Shown here: positions 27,965 through 44,559 of the stretch, piece after piece
Layout of the letters: each line of letters starts with the position of its first letter
Position numbering within the stretch: position 1 is the stretch's first letter
Assembly: GCF_009914755.1 (NCBI RefSeq)
Contig: NC_060926.1
Length of the DNA: 64,000 bases
DNA from: the human T2T-CHM13v2.0 reference genome, Homo sapiens
Strand: one strand, 5' to 3'
Made by a program: the position numbers and the translations under genes
Notes under the pieces: generated by a model
Seen by the model: only the letters and a program-made list of their open reading frames with translations
The model's database searches: none
Told to the model about the DNA's origin: nothing

Positions 27965-28358
27965 TATATTAGTTAGAAGAAGACTAGCTATGTTACAGTA
28001 ACAACTAAAACTCTAATCTCAGTGCTTTAGCCTGATGAAAGTTTATTTTTCACTCACGTACTGTCTGATGTGACTAGCTAGCTCTTCTTGGTAGCTTTCT
28101 TCCAATGATGACTCAACAATTCAGTTCCGCTGATGTTCACTTTGCAACTCAAACATTGTGAATTTTCTTCCAGCCATGAGGTTAGGAAAGCACAGAAAAC
28201 TTACTTTATTTCTTAAGTGCCTCAGACCAGCAATTACATATCAGTTTCACTCACATTCTCATTGACAAGAATTATTCACATGGCCATAACCCAACTGCAA
28301 GAAAGTCTGTAAAGAGAGGAACACTCATAGACATTTGATAAGCATTCTCTCTGCCACA
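27965..28358 (-). mobile_element. MLT1 (MLT1J/K-like) solo LTR
   Basis: gttacagtaacaac...aatctcagtg...aaagtttatttttcactcac...cacattctcattgacaagaattattcacatggcc...ctctgccaca. Confidence 0.8.
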
Positions 28359-28737
28359 TTTATTGACAGTTATTTATCATTTCACATGAAAAAGTTACAT
28401 ATGTTTCTGAAAAATAAATCTCAAAGAAAGTTAAAAGTAACTAAATCTCTTCAATGTGTAAATAGAAATCATTCAGAGGGGAATATTATGGATTTTTGGA
28501 TATAATTTTATGTTAAATATATTTTAAGTATTTACAAACAATATAAGTTAGCAAAATGAATGAATTCACAAATTCTCTAATAATTATTCAGTTTCTCAAA
28601 CCTAATCATATTGAATAAATTCAATATTTTAGTATGTACAGAAGGAAGAAAACAAGTTAAAAGCTTTCTAATTGTTAATTCAATAACCTTTTGTAAAATA
28701 AAAAATACCTTTTAAATTTGCAATATAAAGTAAAATT

Positions 28738-28858
28738 AAAGCTCCTTTAGAAAAATATATAAATATTTATATATTTCTATTTATATATTATATATTTATA
28801 TATTATATCTATATATAAAGAAATATATATAATTTATATATATTTCTAAAGGAGCTTT
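28738..28858. repeat. AT-rich near-perfect palindrome (about 120 bp)
   Basis: AAAGCTCCTTTAGAAA (28738-28753) and TTTCTAAAGGAGCTTT (28843-28858) are exact reverse complements; the TA-rich interior continues the symmetry with few mismatches. Confidence 0.95.

Positions 28859-28861
<3 letters not shown>

Positions 28862-28923
<62 letters not shown>
28862..28923. repeat. Compound (TA)n(GA)n microsatellite
   Basis: About 14 TA units followed by about 16 GA units. Confidence 0.99.
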
Positions 28924-28926
<3 letters not shown>

Positions 28927-30416
28927 AACTTTTAAGTTTAGAAAGGCAAAGCAGAGTTTAAACCAGAAGCACTTTTGTTATTCGTTTCTCTAAAATGAAT
29001 TGTCTAATTTTCTCAGATTTTGATTATTTTGATGGTTTGTTCCACTTTATAATGTCAGAAAAATATGCTACATCATATTAAAAAAATAGAAATTTAGCTT
29101 CAAACTACCTTTGCCATTAAAAAGTCTTTTTTTCTATCTAATATGCACATAAAGCACTATTGTTTTATTACAGCTAATGAATACAGTTAAATGGAAACAT
29201 TTAAAGATTTCTTTTTCCCTTACCTGGGACATATTTTTTAATGTTCTTTCCTATGATAAGTTACAATGTATATTGTAACATTGTGAATAAATACAAGTTA
29301 GGGTTTGGGTGAATATATTTTCACACACACACCTGCACACACACTTAAAATTTTACTCAGACTTTGAGACCTGAGTAAATCTAAGGCTACAGATTTACTT
29401 GTTGCAGAAAGAAAAAAAAAAAGTCACTGCAAAGCTATGGAAGAAGTATGAGGTCAATTTCAAGAATTAAAAGTAATAATAATAGGCAAAAGATAAAGAC
29501 TAGAAGAACTGAGGGTTTGCTTTTCCTCTCACATTTATTTCTGTGACACAAAAATGAATATTTCTTAAAAATCTTTAATAACCTTAATAACTGAGTACTA
29601 GTAATAAAAATTATCAATAACTGAGTACAGCTGATAAAGATTATGACAAGTCTTATGTGGTTATATTTCATGTGCTAATGCTCAATATATGTAAAATTTG
29701 ATTTTAAAAATGATCAGTTAGCAAATTCATTTCATGTTTTGTGAGTAAGGATGCACATTACTGAATTTCATGGTTTTCTCATTTACGTATTTCAAGAACA
29801 ATGTCACTGCATGGGGCTTCCTCTGTGTCCAAGAAACGTACTCCTATAAAGTGCTTGCTTGCTTTGATTCACTGCCTCAGACATGTTCCACTATATCTGT
29901 TTGCATCTGTTTTTTAGTTCAAGGTTAAATTATTCATACCTGAAATACAGCACAAATTGCTGAAAAGTAGGGTCTAAGTAGCCAAGGGGATGTTTATTTC
30001 TGTCTGCTGAAAATGTTAGACGTAAAACACTGATAAAGTAGTAGAATGCCTTTAGTTTGTTTCCTTTTAAATTCTGAGGAATTGCATCAGACTAATAATC
30101 TTAAATGAATTGATCTGATGCTTTGAATATTATTATTTTGCTTTTATATGGATGATTTTAAAAGATGTCCACTCTCTAAGTAAAATTTTATTATGTCTGG
30201 TCATAAAAATATGCTCAGAGGAAAGTATTTCCCATTTTATAGGCCAAGTCTGTAAAAATAAAAAATGAAATTCTTTGAAATTTTTGGAACCACGTTTGTT
30301 TCCCAGGGGCAGTATGGAATGATGGTATAAAGAACACTGGATTTGCTTGCAAACCCTAATATGTTGACATTTTGTGAAATAGAAATATTCCTTTTTTTTA
30401 ATTTTGTAGCTCTAAC

Positions 30417-32658
<2,242 letters not shown>

Positions 32659-33077
32659 AGGCGGGCTGTATATCTTAAAACAATCGGTCAGCTTAGTCAG
32701 TCAGTAGTGTTTGAGAGACCTAAATAGCCAAATTAGGAAAAAGGATTGCAAGTTTATGTGAGTTCTTTGAGAATGAAGACAGTTTCCCACTGAGTTTCGT
32801 TGATTCTTTCCTTACTTAATCTTTTGTTTCTATTTGTTTGAGAAAACGATGTAAAACTTAGGTGTTACTATTTTAAACAAAAATTAATTACAGTCATATT
32901 TATAACTAGGCTAGGAGTAAAAGATATATTTAGTTAGGGGGAAAACTCATTTTTATTTTCTAATTTTGAGAGGTATTTTTAAAACTAAGATTGGTTTTTT
33001 TTATGAATTGTAAAAATCTTTTGATGTTATTCTTTTAACTGAAGGATGTAAGACCAAAAGTAAAATAAAATGAAATA

Positions 33078-33260
33078 AAGAACACTGGATTTGGAATTGA
33101 AAACCAGGATCCAGTGCTGGTTTTGACACTTGATAGCCTGAGGGGATAATGGTGTAACTTCCTGCATCTATAAAATGTGAGGAAAACGCATTTTAATATG
33201 CATAGTAAACTAACACAGTCTTCCATTACCAATGCTTATTATCATTGTTGCTTTAATATG
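33078..33260 (+). mobile_element. MIR SINE
   Basis: agaacactggatttggaatt...ttcctgcatctataaaatg. Confidence 0.65.
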
Positions 33261-33494
33261 AAAGTATTTTCACTATATCAAAGTTACTAGCATAAAATCA
33301 ATCATCAGTGAATCCATTATCAATCTAATCAGTGTCTATCTGGCATCTTTGTCTTGCTAGTGTACCCACTTCCTCCTTTTGGTGGTATAACTGGGTCTTT
33401 CCTTCAGGGAACACATTCTGTGATGTGGGCAGATTTATTTCTTCTGTAGCCAAAAGCATAAGAATTAATTAGAATGTCTGTCACTCTGGCCCTG

Positions 33495-36400
33495 GGATTT
33501 TTCTAACGTAAAGAAATGTTGAAAAATGTTAATGCTGAGTAGCCATCTCCCACCACCTTCAATCCACAATCAACATTTTATTATAGCTAATTTATCCATT
33601 TATCTATCTTCCTACCCTTACATCAATGCATCTTATGTTTTGATGCATTTAAAATTGACTTGCAGGTATCAATACAGTTACTCTAAACACTTCCACACAT
33701 ATTATTGATTAGAGTTTAATATTTCCATGAGGCAGTGCAACTCAAATCTCTACCAGATATGGAATGTTATTGTCCCAGAAAATTGTTCTCTCGTGCCCCT
33801 TTTCACTCAATCTCCATCTACCTCTCTCAGCTGCAATCATTACCAGGGTGGTTTTCAACCATATATTAGTTTTTGACTACAGTAAAGCTGCAAATAAATG
33901 GAATCTTTTGTGTAAGATTTCTTCATATGTGTTAATGTGTATATCAGTTTATCCCTTATTTCTGAGCAGTATTCTATTATATGAATATATTGGTTTGTTT
34001 ACGAATTACGCTATTAATGTGGGCATGAGGTGTTTTTGGTTTTCAGATATTATCAATAAAGCTTCTGTGAACATTCTTCTACATAGTCTCTCATGACAGT
34101 GTTTTCATTTCTCGTGAGTAAACACTGAGAAATGTAAAGCCTGTCATAGGGCAGGTATAGGTTTAAAATGATCTCATAACTTTTCTCATAATAAGGACAT
34201 AATGTTATATTCCCACTAGTAATTTGTAGAAGTTTCAGTTCCACATCCTCACCATCATTTGGTGTGTCAACATTTTTAAGTTTAGCTATTCTGGAGTGTG
34301 AATATTAGTATCTAATAGTAGTTTTATTTTGCCTTTCCCTGATGTCTAATGATGTTGAGCACCTTTTCATGCACGTATTGGCCATTCATACACCTTTTTT
34401 AATGATGAACCTACTCAATATTTTGCCCATTTTTAATTGGCTTGTTTGTCTTTTTATTGCTGAGCAGTAGAACTTAGTTATTTATTGTAGACATCAGTCC
34501 TTTGCCAGATATATGTTTTGCAAATTGTTTTTTCTAGTTTGTGGCTTGCTCATTTATTTCTTTTCTTTTACGGTTAGTGCCTCTTAGGACCTGTCCTAGA
34601 AACCTCTGTCTACTTCTTATTTGAAAAGGTATTCTCCTTTGCTGTTTTCTAAAAGCTTTATAGTTTTAATATATTGATCTATGATCCATCTGAAATTAAC
34701 TTTTCTGTATGGTATAAATCTGGGCGAGAGTTTTTTGTTGTTGCTGATTGTTACCTGATGATTTCAGCACCATGTGTTTAAAACAAACAAACAAACAACA
34801 ACAACAACAAGAACAACAACAAACCCTTAACTGTCCACACTGGGTTCCTTTGGTGCCTTTATTAAATGTGAAATGGTTGTATATATGAGTCTACTTTCTA
34901 TTGCCTCTTCAGTTTGTTACATTGATCTATTGTCAATTTTTATGCCAGTACCACACTTTCCTTAATGTAGCATTATAATAAGTCTTAAAGTCAAACGGTT
35001 AGAAGTCCTCCAAAGCTGTTTTTCTTTTCAAGATTCTTTTACCTATTCAAAGTTTTTATTTTTTGCATTTCCATATAAATTTTAACATCTTGTCAATTTG
35101 TTTAAAAAATTACGGGAACTCTTTTGGTGTGGAATGTATAGATTAATTTGGGCATAATTATATTTTGTATCTTGCAATCCGTGGAAATGATGAATCTCAT
35201 GACTTATTTAGTGTTCTTTAATTTCTCTAAGCAATTTTTGTAGTTTTCAGTGTAAAGCTCCAATATTGTTTTAAATGCATTCTTAAGTAATAGCATGTAT
35301 TTTCATACTTTTATATATAGAATTCTCTAATTTTTGAACTGCTGCTAGTATAAAAAAAATGTGATAGATTTTTATATACTTAGCTCATACCCCGTGACTT
35401 TGGTCGTTTCACTTATTAATCATAGTAGTTGTGTTGTCAAGTTCTTAGGATCTTCTTCATAAGCAATCATGGTATCTGCAAGCAGAATTTTCTTTCTTTC
35501 CACTTGTTGTGACTTTATTTATTTCTTATCCTATTGCGCTCTTAAGACCTCCAGTAAAATGTTGAATAGAAATGATGTGAATAGGTATTCTTGCTTTGTT
35601 CCCCATTATAGGTTAAAACACTCAATATATGAACATGAAATATGATGGTAATTGTAGTTTCTTAATAGCTTCTCAATTTGCTAAGAGTGTTATGAATGAG
35701 TGTTGATCATCAAATGCTTTTCAACATTCATTGAAATGACCATGTAATTGTTTCTTATTTATTCTCTTAATATGGTGAATGATAATGATTTTTGAATGGT
35801 AAGCCAATCTTGAGCTTTTGTAAAACAGCGAAGATAAACAACATTATCATGATGCATTGTTCTTTTTATATATTACTGGATTAATTTAACAATAATATTT
35901 TCAAGGGATATAAAGGACATTAATATATGGATTTATATTTGTAAATGTTGTATTAATGGTATTGTTGCCTTCATAAAACCAACTGGGAAGTGTTCTCACT
36001 CTATTTGATGCAAGAGTTTGTTTGGATTGATGCTATTTCTTCCTTAAATGTTTGGTAGCCTTCACTACTGAAACCATATGGGCGTATAGTTTTTCTTTAT
36101 AGAAATATTTTGATAACAAATGAATATATAATAGATGTAGAGCTACTCAGATTTTATTATTCATTTCATGTTTTTATAATATTTATTTTTCAAGAAATTT
36201 GTTCATTGCACTTATGTTGTAGAATTTCCTGGCATGTGGTAGATATTTTATTTTTCATTTCAGTAGGTTTGGGAGAACAGGTGATTTTTGGTTATGTAGA
36301 AGTTCTTTAGCAGTGATTTCTGAGATTTTGATGCACCCATCACTGGAGCAATGTACACTGTACCCAATGTGTAGTCTTTTATTCCTCACCCCCCTCCCAC

Positions 36401-36612
36401 TCTTCTTCCCGAGTCCCCAAATTCCATTATATCATGCCTTTGCATCCTACTAGCTTAGCTCCCATTTATAGGTGAGAACAAATGATATTTGGTTTTCCAT
36501 TCCTGAGTTACTTCACTTAGAATAGTGGTCTCCAACTCCATCCAAGTTGCTGCAAATGCCATTATTTCGTTCTTTTTTATGGCTGAGTAGTATCCCACAG
36601 TGTGTGTATGTA

Positions 36613-36654
<42 letters not shown>

Positions 36655-37495
36655 TATATGTACATATATATCACATTTTCCCCATTCATTTGTTGGTTGA
36701 TGGGCATTTCAACTAGTTTCATATTTCTGCAATTGTGAAGTGTGCTGCTGTAAACATGCGGGGGCAAGTGTCTTTTTCATATAATGACTTCTTTTGCTTT
36801 GGGTAGATACCCAGTAGATACCTTAATATTGTACCACAGGCTCCTGAGACACTGTTTATTATGTTTCAATCTTTTAAGTTTTTATTCTTCAGATTGGATT
36901 ATTTATATTAGTATATCTTCAGCCGCCTTCCTTTCTTCAGTTTTCTTTTCCTTCAGTTAGTTATCACCACTCTGCTATTAATCCTATCTAGTGAATTTTT
37001 AATTTCAGATATGGTTCTATTATATAATTTCAATTTGGTATTTTATATAGTTTCCATTTCCCTACTGAGTATTTTTATTTTTATTCTTTGAGAACATAAT
37101 TTCTTTTATGTCTTTAAGCATAATTATCATAGTTATCTTAGACTTCTTTGCTATTAATAGTTCCAACAACTGAGTCATCTTAGTGTTGTGGAGTATTACC
37201 TGTTTTTTCTCTTAAATATGGGTCACATTTTTTTTCTTAGTATATCATTTTTATTTGTATTTTGGATTGTTTTAATAAGGTTGTAGATACTTTTAATTTT
37301 GTTACTTTTTTCCTAAGGAGGGTTGATTGAATTCATTTTAGTAGGCATTTGACTTGGATGGACTAAAACTACAAGTCTGTCTCTTTTCAGGTGGCCAGCA
37401 ACTCAAATATCAGTTCAGTTGTTTTAACTGTGGCTGGGTTGTTTGGCATTTACCTTGTGCATTCCTGATTCAGTGGTCAGCCAGATATTTGGGCA
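33495..37495 (-). mobile_element. Old L1M (L1MD/ME-like) fragments, interrupted by L1PB
   Basis: Long T-rich antisense L1 (gatgttgagcaccttttcatg, ttgcccatttttaattgg, acctccagtaaaatgttgaataga). Confidence 0.85.
36250..36812 (-). mobile_element. L1PB1-like 3' end with an internal (TG)(TA)(CA) microsatellite
   Basis: gttctttagcagtgatttctgagattttgatgcacccatcac...; peptide AFAATWMELETTILSEVTQEWKTK; TSD-like GTAGATA..TTA on both sides. Confidence 0.92.
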
Positions 37496-37499
37496 GAAA

Positions 37500-37645
37500 A
37501 AAAATACATATATATAATATATATGTATATAACATAGTGTATATCTACACTATATAATTATATATGTATATATGTGTGTGTATATATACACATATAGAAA
37601 TAAATGCGTACACACACACGTATAGCTTTTTTTTTTTTTTTTTTT
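37500..37645. repeat. TA/TG/CA low-complexity run plus poly-T
   Basis: Direct reading. Confidence 0.9.
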
Positions 37646-37782
37646 ACTTTCTGGCTCTCTCCTTTCCTGGATTGTCACCTGCCCCCCTCACCCCTCCCCC
37701 ACACACGTTTCGGCAGATATAACCCTGAGCCATTTCCTTCTTCCAGGCGTTCACTCTCCTTCACTCTCCACCTGCCTATTTG

Positions 37783-37880
37783 ATTTTTGGTTGGTTTGGT
37801 TGGTGTTTATTTTGTTTTGTTTTCGTCTCCGGTTCCTTTGTGTAGCTTTGTTTTTGTACTTTGTTTTTGTTTTCGTCTGT
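37783..37880. repeat. Degenerate (TTTG/TTGG)n repeat
   Basis: Direct reading. Confidence 0.85.
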
Positions 37881-38339
37881 ATTCCTAAATTTGGTTGTTT
37901 TAATAGGAGATGAATACCATACCAAAAGCACAATTCCCACAATGTGTGTTTGCATTTGTCTTCTAAGTGAACTCCTGAATTATCCAGCTGCGTTATCTAC
38001 ATAGAGAGCCAGATCATCTGTCTCAGGCAGTTCTCCTTTGACCAGATCTTTCCATTATGAAAGCTCAGGGACATTAAAGTGGTTCTCAAATCCCTTTGTT
38101 AAAGAACTGCGCCATTTTACTAAGATTATGTAATTTTTAATCTTTTAATACAAAGGAAGAAAATTTTATTTAGCAGAGGATTAAACTATTCTGCTATGAT
38201 TTTGTAGCTAAATTAAAAGAATTATACTTAAAGATTTTTGTTCTGATTAGTGGGTAGTGTTATTTTTATATTAAAAAAACAGATAAAATCTCAGTCCATA
38301 ACTTCAGGGACAAAGGAAATATAATTTTTAAAAATTTTC

Positions 38340-38482
38340 TAAGTGATAAAAGACTATACATTGGGTACAGTATACACAGGAGATGAGTACACCAAAATTT
38401 CAGAAATCATCACTAAATAACTTATCCAGGCAACTAAATACCACTTGTTCCCCCAAAAACTATTGAAATGATAATTTTAAAA
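38340..38482 (+). mobile_element. L1PB-like extreme 3' end
   Basis: gataaaagactatacattgggtacagt...cagaaatcatcactaaataacttatcc...ccacttgttcccccaaaaactattgaaat. Confidence 0.85.
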
Positions 38483-38921
38483 AGAGCTCCCAGAAAAAGA
38501 ATATCTAATTTTTTTTTTTTCTTTTCATTGTAAGCCTCTACCACCTGGTAGGAGAAGGTAATAGTAAATTTGGTATCTTCTCCGTTTTCTTCCCAGGGAG
38601 TATTTCCACATGCTACTGTGTTATAGATGCCAAACATTAGAGAAAATAATTTAGTCCTTGGTTCATCTGACTACACTGGCATCCATTAAAAGTCTATTAT
38701 TTCTTTCTTTGGTTATTTGTCATCTATGCATGGCTTTCTTTTCATCTTAAGGACTCCTATTAAGTCTTGTTCTCTCTCTCAGCTAACTCCTGGGATTCTC
38801 TTTACAGCATGAGTTCTTGTTCCTGTGTCCAGAGATCTGTTATCATGTTTCTAATTTCTTGATGCTACTTACCCTCAAACACATAGTGCCTGCGTATCTA
38901 TCTTTGACTATTCAGGCATTA

Positions 38922-39325
<404 letters not shown>

Positions 39326-41037
39326 TCAGGACTGTAAATACCTCCCTCTCCCTCTCTTTTTCTCTCTCTTTCCTTTCTCCACCAGCCCCTCCCACGATAC
39401 CATCACATACCGTTCACTCACACAGAGAGCTAGGCTTCAGAAGCCCCCTGGAATTCCCAATACTGATGCACTCCCTGATTCTCTTCCTGTCCCTGGAGAA
39501 GGACTTCTTTTCTAGTCTGGCGGCTAAGAAAGCTCTGCCTTTATAACAAAACTGTTTATACTCTTAGTCTCTCAGGATTTAGACTTCTGAAACCCAAAAG
39601 CTTTGCTTTCTGAAAGTGTGGATGTGAGAATAAAAATCTAGCTTGAAGGAAGTAAAGTTATAAGTTTGATAGGAATTGAGGGGGAGGAGGTAGTGAAAAT
39701 TAGTTAATTTTTTGGAACACTATCTTATCACACACATTTGCCCTTTATACATTTATTATTTTTGCTATTCAAATAAAAGTAACAATATGTATTTTAACAG
39801 AGTAATTTTTTATTTGTGCTTATTAAGTTAAATTTTTCTTTTTTCTATCATCTTGGATATAATAAACGAAGTGTAAATATATGTATATACCTGTATAATT
39901 ACAGTCAAGAGTTTAAAGTTTGTATTCTAACTTGTCTCATTTATAATTTTTATGCTAAAGAATGTGTGATGAGAGACCTCTGTGGAATTTTGATGCAAAT
40001 GTCAACCAAAAATTCTTGGTAGCATAGATCATCTGTCTAATTCAAGACCTAATGCTGAATTATTAGACAAACATCTCTGTAAATACAAGATTGGTTTATT
40101 TTTATCATGAATAAAGGGGAATTCTCATACAGTTTTATTTTACTGTCCTTTAGACCTTACAGTTTAATATCTAAATATTAGACATTTACATTAGATATAT
40201 AATTAGACTATCTATCTGATATTCATTAGATAGCCTAATGGATTTGTCATTATTGTCCTTCTGTCACTTTCCATGTTTAAAATTTTCCCTTATTATTCCA
40301 GCATCTTCAGTGTATTATATAAGAAAAACATTTATCAAACTGCTCTTAGCATGAGAAAACATAATATACCAAGGAAACAGGAGGGAATTTCAGAAATTAG
40401 AATAAATTAAAACTTTGAGTTAATTTTTTGAACGAGTTTTTATGTTTAAAAATGTGCCATATTTGTAGGGTCTCTTGAATTACCTGTAATATACTATAAT
40501 TGATTTCAGCTTGATATGTATTTTTTAACGTAAAAAAAGATTTCATGTACTTTGAAGAGTCTTTGTTATCATTATCTTAACAATAATGTGATATTTATGT
40601 TTTAATTACCACAAAACAGCAACCACCACAGACTAACTAAAATAAACTTTGTATAGCTTCCATGCTACACACAAACTAATCATTCAAAGTTTTCTCAGGA
40701 TGATGAAATTTTTAAGATCATGTTAAATTAACCATAATTTTAATAATAATTTATGTCAAAACAATATTTTTTCTGTATCCTTCATCTCCGTATCTATAAA
40801 ATGGGGGCAGGGTTGACTAAGTGATTCCAAGATCTTATTTGGCTCTAAAAGTATTTGATTCTAATAAACAATGAAATAACCGCAAATACCACTAAGTATA
40901 GACAATGAGTATCAAAGGAATAATGACGCATTGCTCTACTATATAAATAACCTTTTTTTACTGTAATCATTCTTTACCTGCTATTGTGAATCAGTAGTTT
41001 TGATGTTAAATTGTGGTGTTTTTAAACAAACAGTATC

Positions 41038-41322
41038 ATTTTATTTTATTTTATTTTCCTCAGTTTTATTTAGGTATAATTGACAAATGAAAATTGTATA
41101 CATTTAAGGTACACACGTGATATTTTGATATATGCATGGATTATAAAATGTAACAAGCTAATGCCTCTATCACTTCATAGTTACCTTTTATTCTATAGTG
41201 AGAACAATTAAGATCTACTCTTTAAGCAACTTTTAAGTATACAATGCTTTACTATTAACTACAGTCACCTTAATGTACATAAGATCTCCAGGACTTTTTC
41301 ATCTTATAACAGAAAGTTTGTT
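41038..41322 (-). mobile_element. L1MA (MA8/9-like) 3' end
   Basis: ggtataattgacaaatgaaaattgtatacatttaagg...gtgagaacaattaagatctactct. Confidence 0.88.
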
Positions 41323-42239
41323 CTTGATTGAATGGTTCACTGAGGGCACAGGTGCAATGACCCCACACATGCATAAATTTTATATATGCATTTTAGCTTC
41401 TTGACTCAGCATAATCTCTCATCTGTCCTCTCCAGTGAATTCTTAATTACTGATTATTTATGTCTTTACCTGCTTTGTTTGCAAGTTTTGCAAGAAATTT
41501 TGCATATTATTGTATGTGTGTGAATGTGTGTATAGCAATGAAATCATTTCTGTTATAAGCACTTGATAGAAGCATATATCTTTATATCAGTCTTGCGATT
41601 TCAGAGTACTTTTGCATATATGAGCGATCCTACCTTATTTTATTGCCTCACATTGCAAAATAACCTTGGCTGTTATACTTCAAGGTCTCAGGTGTTGAGT
41701 CATTAGCAGCTATGGAATAGATCAGAATTATATTACAGCTGCACAACTACAAACAAAAGGTAATCCAAGATCTTTCAGGCTTAACATCAGCATATGGACA
41801 ACTCCTTAGCACTTGGCTGAAAGAAAGTTAATTCGGGAATTTCAAGCTAAATTCCCTCAGGATGACTTCTCTGAATGATTTTTAACTCCTGTAATACAAA
41901 TAGAAAGGCATGTGAAAATAAATAGTATGCAATTAAAACAGAGAGCAATAACACAGATATTTGTGTATACATCTTCCAAAATTGGTCATTTTATAAAGAA
42001 TGTATTTTAGCATATTTAGTTTATACATGCATGCACTTGGGAATTATTTAGTTCACTGACATCCTGGGTAGAAACTAGTAATAGAAACAGATCTATGACA
42101 ATTTATTAGAATTATTAAGTCTATACTTTTAAAATTAAGCACAAAGTGGCATCTACCAGAATTATAAACAAGAAACTGAATTTCAGAACATTTAAATTTC
42201 AGAAATCTGTGTGGCTGTCTGGACTGTTGAAACCACCTC

Positions 42240-44220
42240 CTGTTCTTCCTGCTTAAACCCTCTCTCTGCCTATACTCCCACCCATATGCCCTAAATCCAT
42301 ACTCCTCCTAATAGGCAAATTGATCTTGGAGAAATCAGATCAAATCTCCTATATAAGACCAAGAATATTTTTCCAGTGTACCTTATATAAATTAAAACCA
42401 TCTCTGTGGACTCTAAGTGCTGTCACGACTGCATCTGCCTCTTGGACTTCATCTTTCACTCCTCTCTCCTCAGCATTGCAGCCACACTAGCATGGACATG
42501 CCAAGTGCATTTCTGCTATGCTCACTAATCCATTTGCCTAGACTGCCCTGCCCCTGCCTGTGGATCTTCTAATTTTTTTTATTTAATAGACTTTATTTTT
42601 AGAGTAGTTTTAGGTTTACAGAAAAATTGGACAGAAGGTATAGGAAGTTTTCATATACCCCCTCTCCTTTCTCACCCCCTTACACTATATTTTGTATTAT
42701 TAACATTTTGCATTCGTATGGTACAATTGTTATAACTGATGAAGTAATATTGATATATTGTTATTAAATAAAGTCCATTAAGGTTTACTCTTTGTGCTGT
42801 TGAAGTCCATGCATTTTAACAAATGTATAACATCATGCATCCATCATTATATAACATACAGAATAGTTTTACTGCCCTAAAATTCCCCTGTGTGCCACCT
42901 ATTTATCCCTTCTTCTTCCTTCCTCCTAAACTCTTGGCAATCACAAATTCTTTTTACTGTCTCTATATTTTTGCCTTTTCCAGGATGTCATATATTTGGA
43001 ATTATATAGTTTGTGGCTTTTGCAGACTGGCTTCTTTCACTAAGCAATATGGATTCAAGGTTCCCCTATGTCTCTTCATGGTTTGATAGATCATTTCTTT
43101 TTAGCACTGAATAATATTTCATTTTATGGCTTTACTACAGTTTGTTTATCATTTCACCTATTGAAGGACATCTTGGCTGCTTTCGTGTTTTTGCAATTAT
43201 GGGAAAGATTGCCATAAACATCAAGTTTTCAACTCTTTTGAGTAAACGCTTAGAACAATATTGATGAATCATATGGTAACAGTATGTTAAGTTTTGTTAG
43301 AAATTGCCAAACTGTTTGCCAAAGTGGATGTACAAATTTGTATTCTCACCAACAATAAATTTGAGTTCCTGTTGGCTCCACATTCTCACCAGGATTTGTT
43401 ATATCCGCATTATGGATTTTGGCCATTCTAATCAGTGTACAGTAGTATCTCACTGTTGTTTTAATTTGCAATTTCCTGATGACATATGATGTTGAGCATC
43501 TTTTCATATGCTTATTTGCCATCTGTGTATCTTCTTTGATGGTGTGTCTGTGCAGATCTTTTGCACACTTTTTAATTGAGTTATTTATTTTCTTATGATT
43601 GAGTTTTCAAAGTTTGTTGTACATTTTGGATATAACCCCTTTATCTAATACATGTTTTGCAAACATTTTCTCCCAGTCTTTAGTTTATCTTTTTATTCTC
43701 TTAACATGTCATTTGCAGAGCAGGAGTTTTTAATTTTAATGAGGTACAGTGTATAATTTTTTTATGGATCAAACTTTTGGTACTGTATCTAAAAAGTCGT
43801 CACCAAACCAATGGTCATGTAGATTTTCTTTTATTTATGTTCTAGAAGTTTTATAGTTTTGCCTTTTACATTTAGGTATATAATTCATTTTGAGTTAAAT
43901 TATTGTGAGTTCTAATAATTTTTTATTGCTGTTTCTCATTTGTATTCTGATTTTAATGTTAAGTTCTCAAAGGGGCCTTTCCTAATCACCCTAGCTAAAG
44001 CAGTCCCTCCCAACCAATCACTGTTTGATCCATTATTCTAATTTTCCCCTAGCATTGCCATTATCTAAAATTATATTGTTCTTTATTTATTTTCATTCTT
44101 ACTTTTTATTTCTCTATAAGTCCTACGTGAGCTGAGACTCAGTTTGTTTTGTTTACTGCTCTACCCCCAGGGTCTAAGACACTACTTGAAAATTATTTAG
44201 TGAATAAATGAATGAACAAG
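42240..44220 (+). mobile_element. LINE-2 (L2a-like), split by an L1MC/MD insertion
   Basis: Pyrimidine-rich L2 body at 42240-42570, resuming about 43955 and ending tgaataaatgaatgaa. Confidence 0.75.
42572..43915 (-). mobile_element. L1MC/L1MD-like 3' fragment
   Basis: agactttatttttagagtagttttaggtttacagaaaaattg 3'-end signature followed by antisense ORF2 C-terminus. Confidence 0.9.
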
Positions 44221-44559
44221 AAATGCATTTAACAAAACTCACAGACACATAATGATATATGTTCAAGTCCTTATCTATGAGTGTCTTTGTAAGTAACAAA
44301 GACAGACAACTAATAGGAATGAAAACTAGGGTAGCGAAGAGGCAGCAACATTCAAACAAAAGTATTACTATTTTGTTTGTTTTGCCTGTAGCATGTATTA
44401 AGTCCAACTGAATCTAGAATACGTTGCCACAAGAATGTTAGTAATGTTAGCTAGAATCTTAGTAATGTTGAATGATTTGCATGGAAGTTTTTCAAGTCCC
44501 TTATCTATTGCCAATAGATAGACTTTATTTTTGGAGCAAACCTATTTAAACATTGTGAA

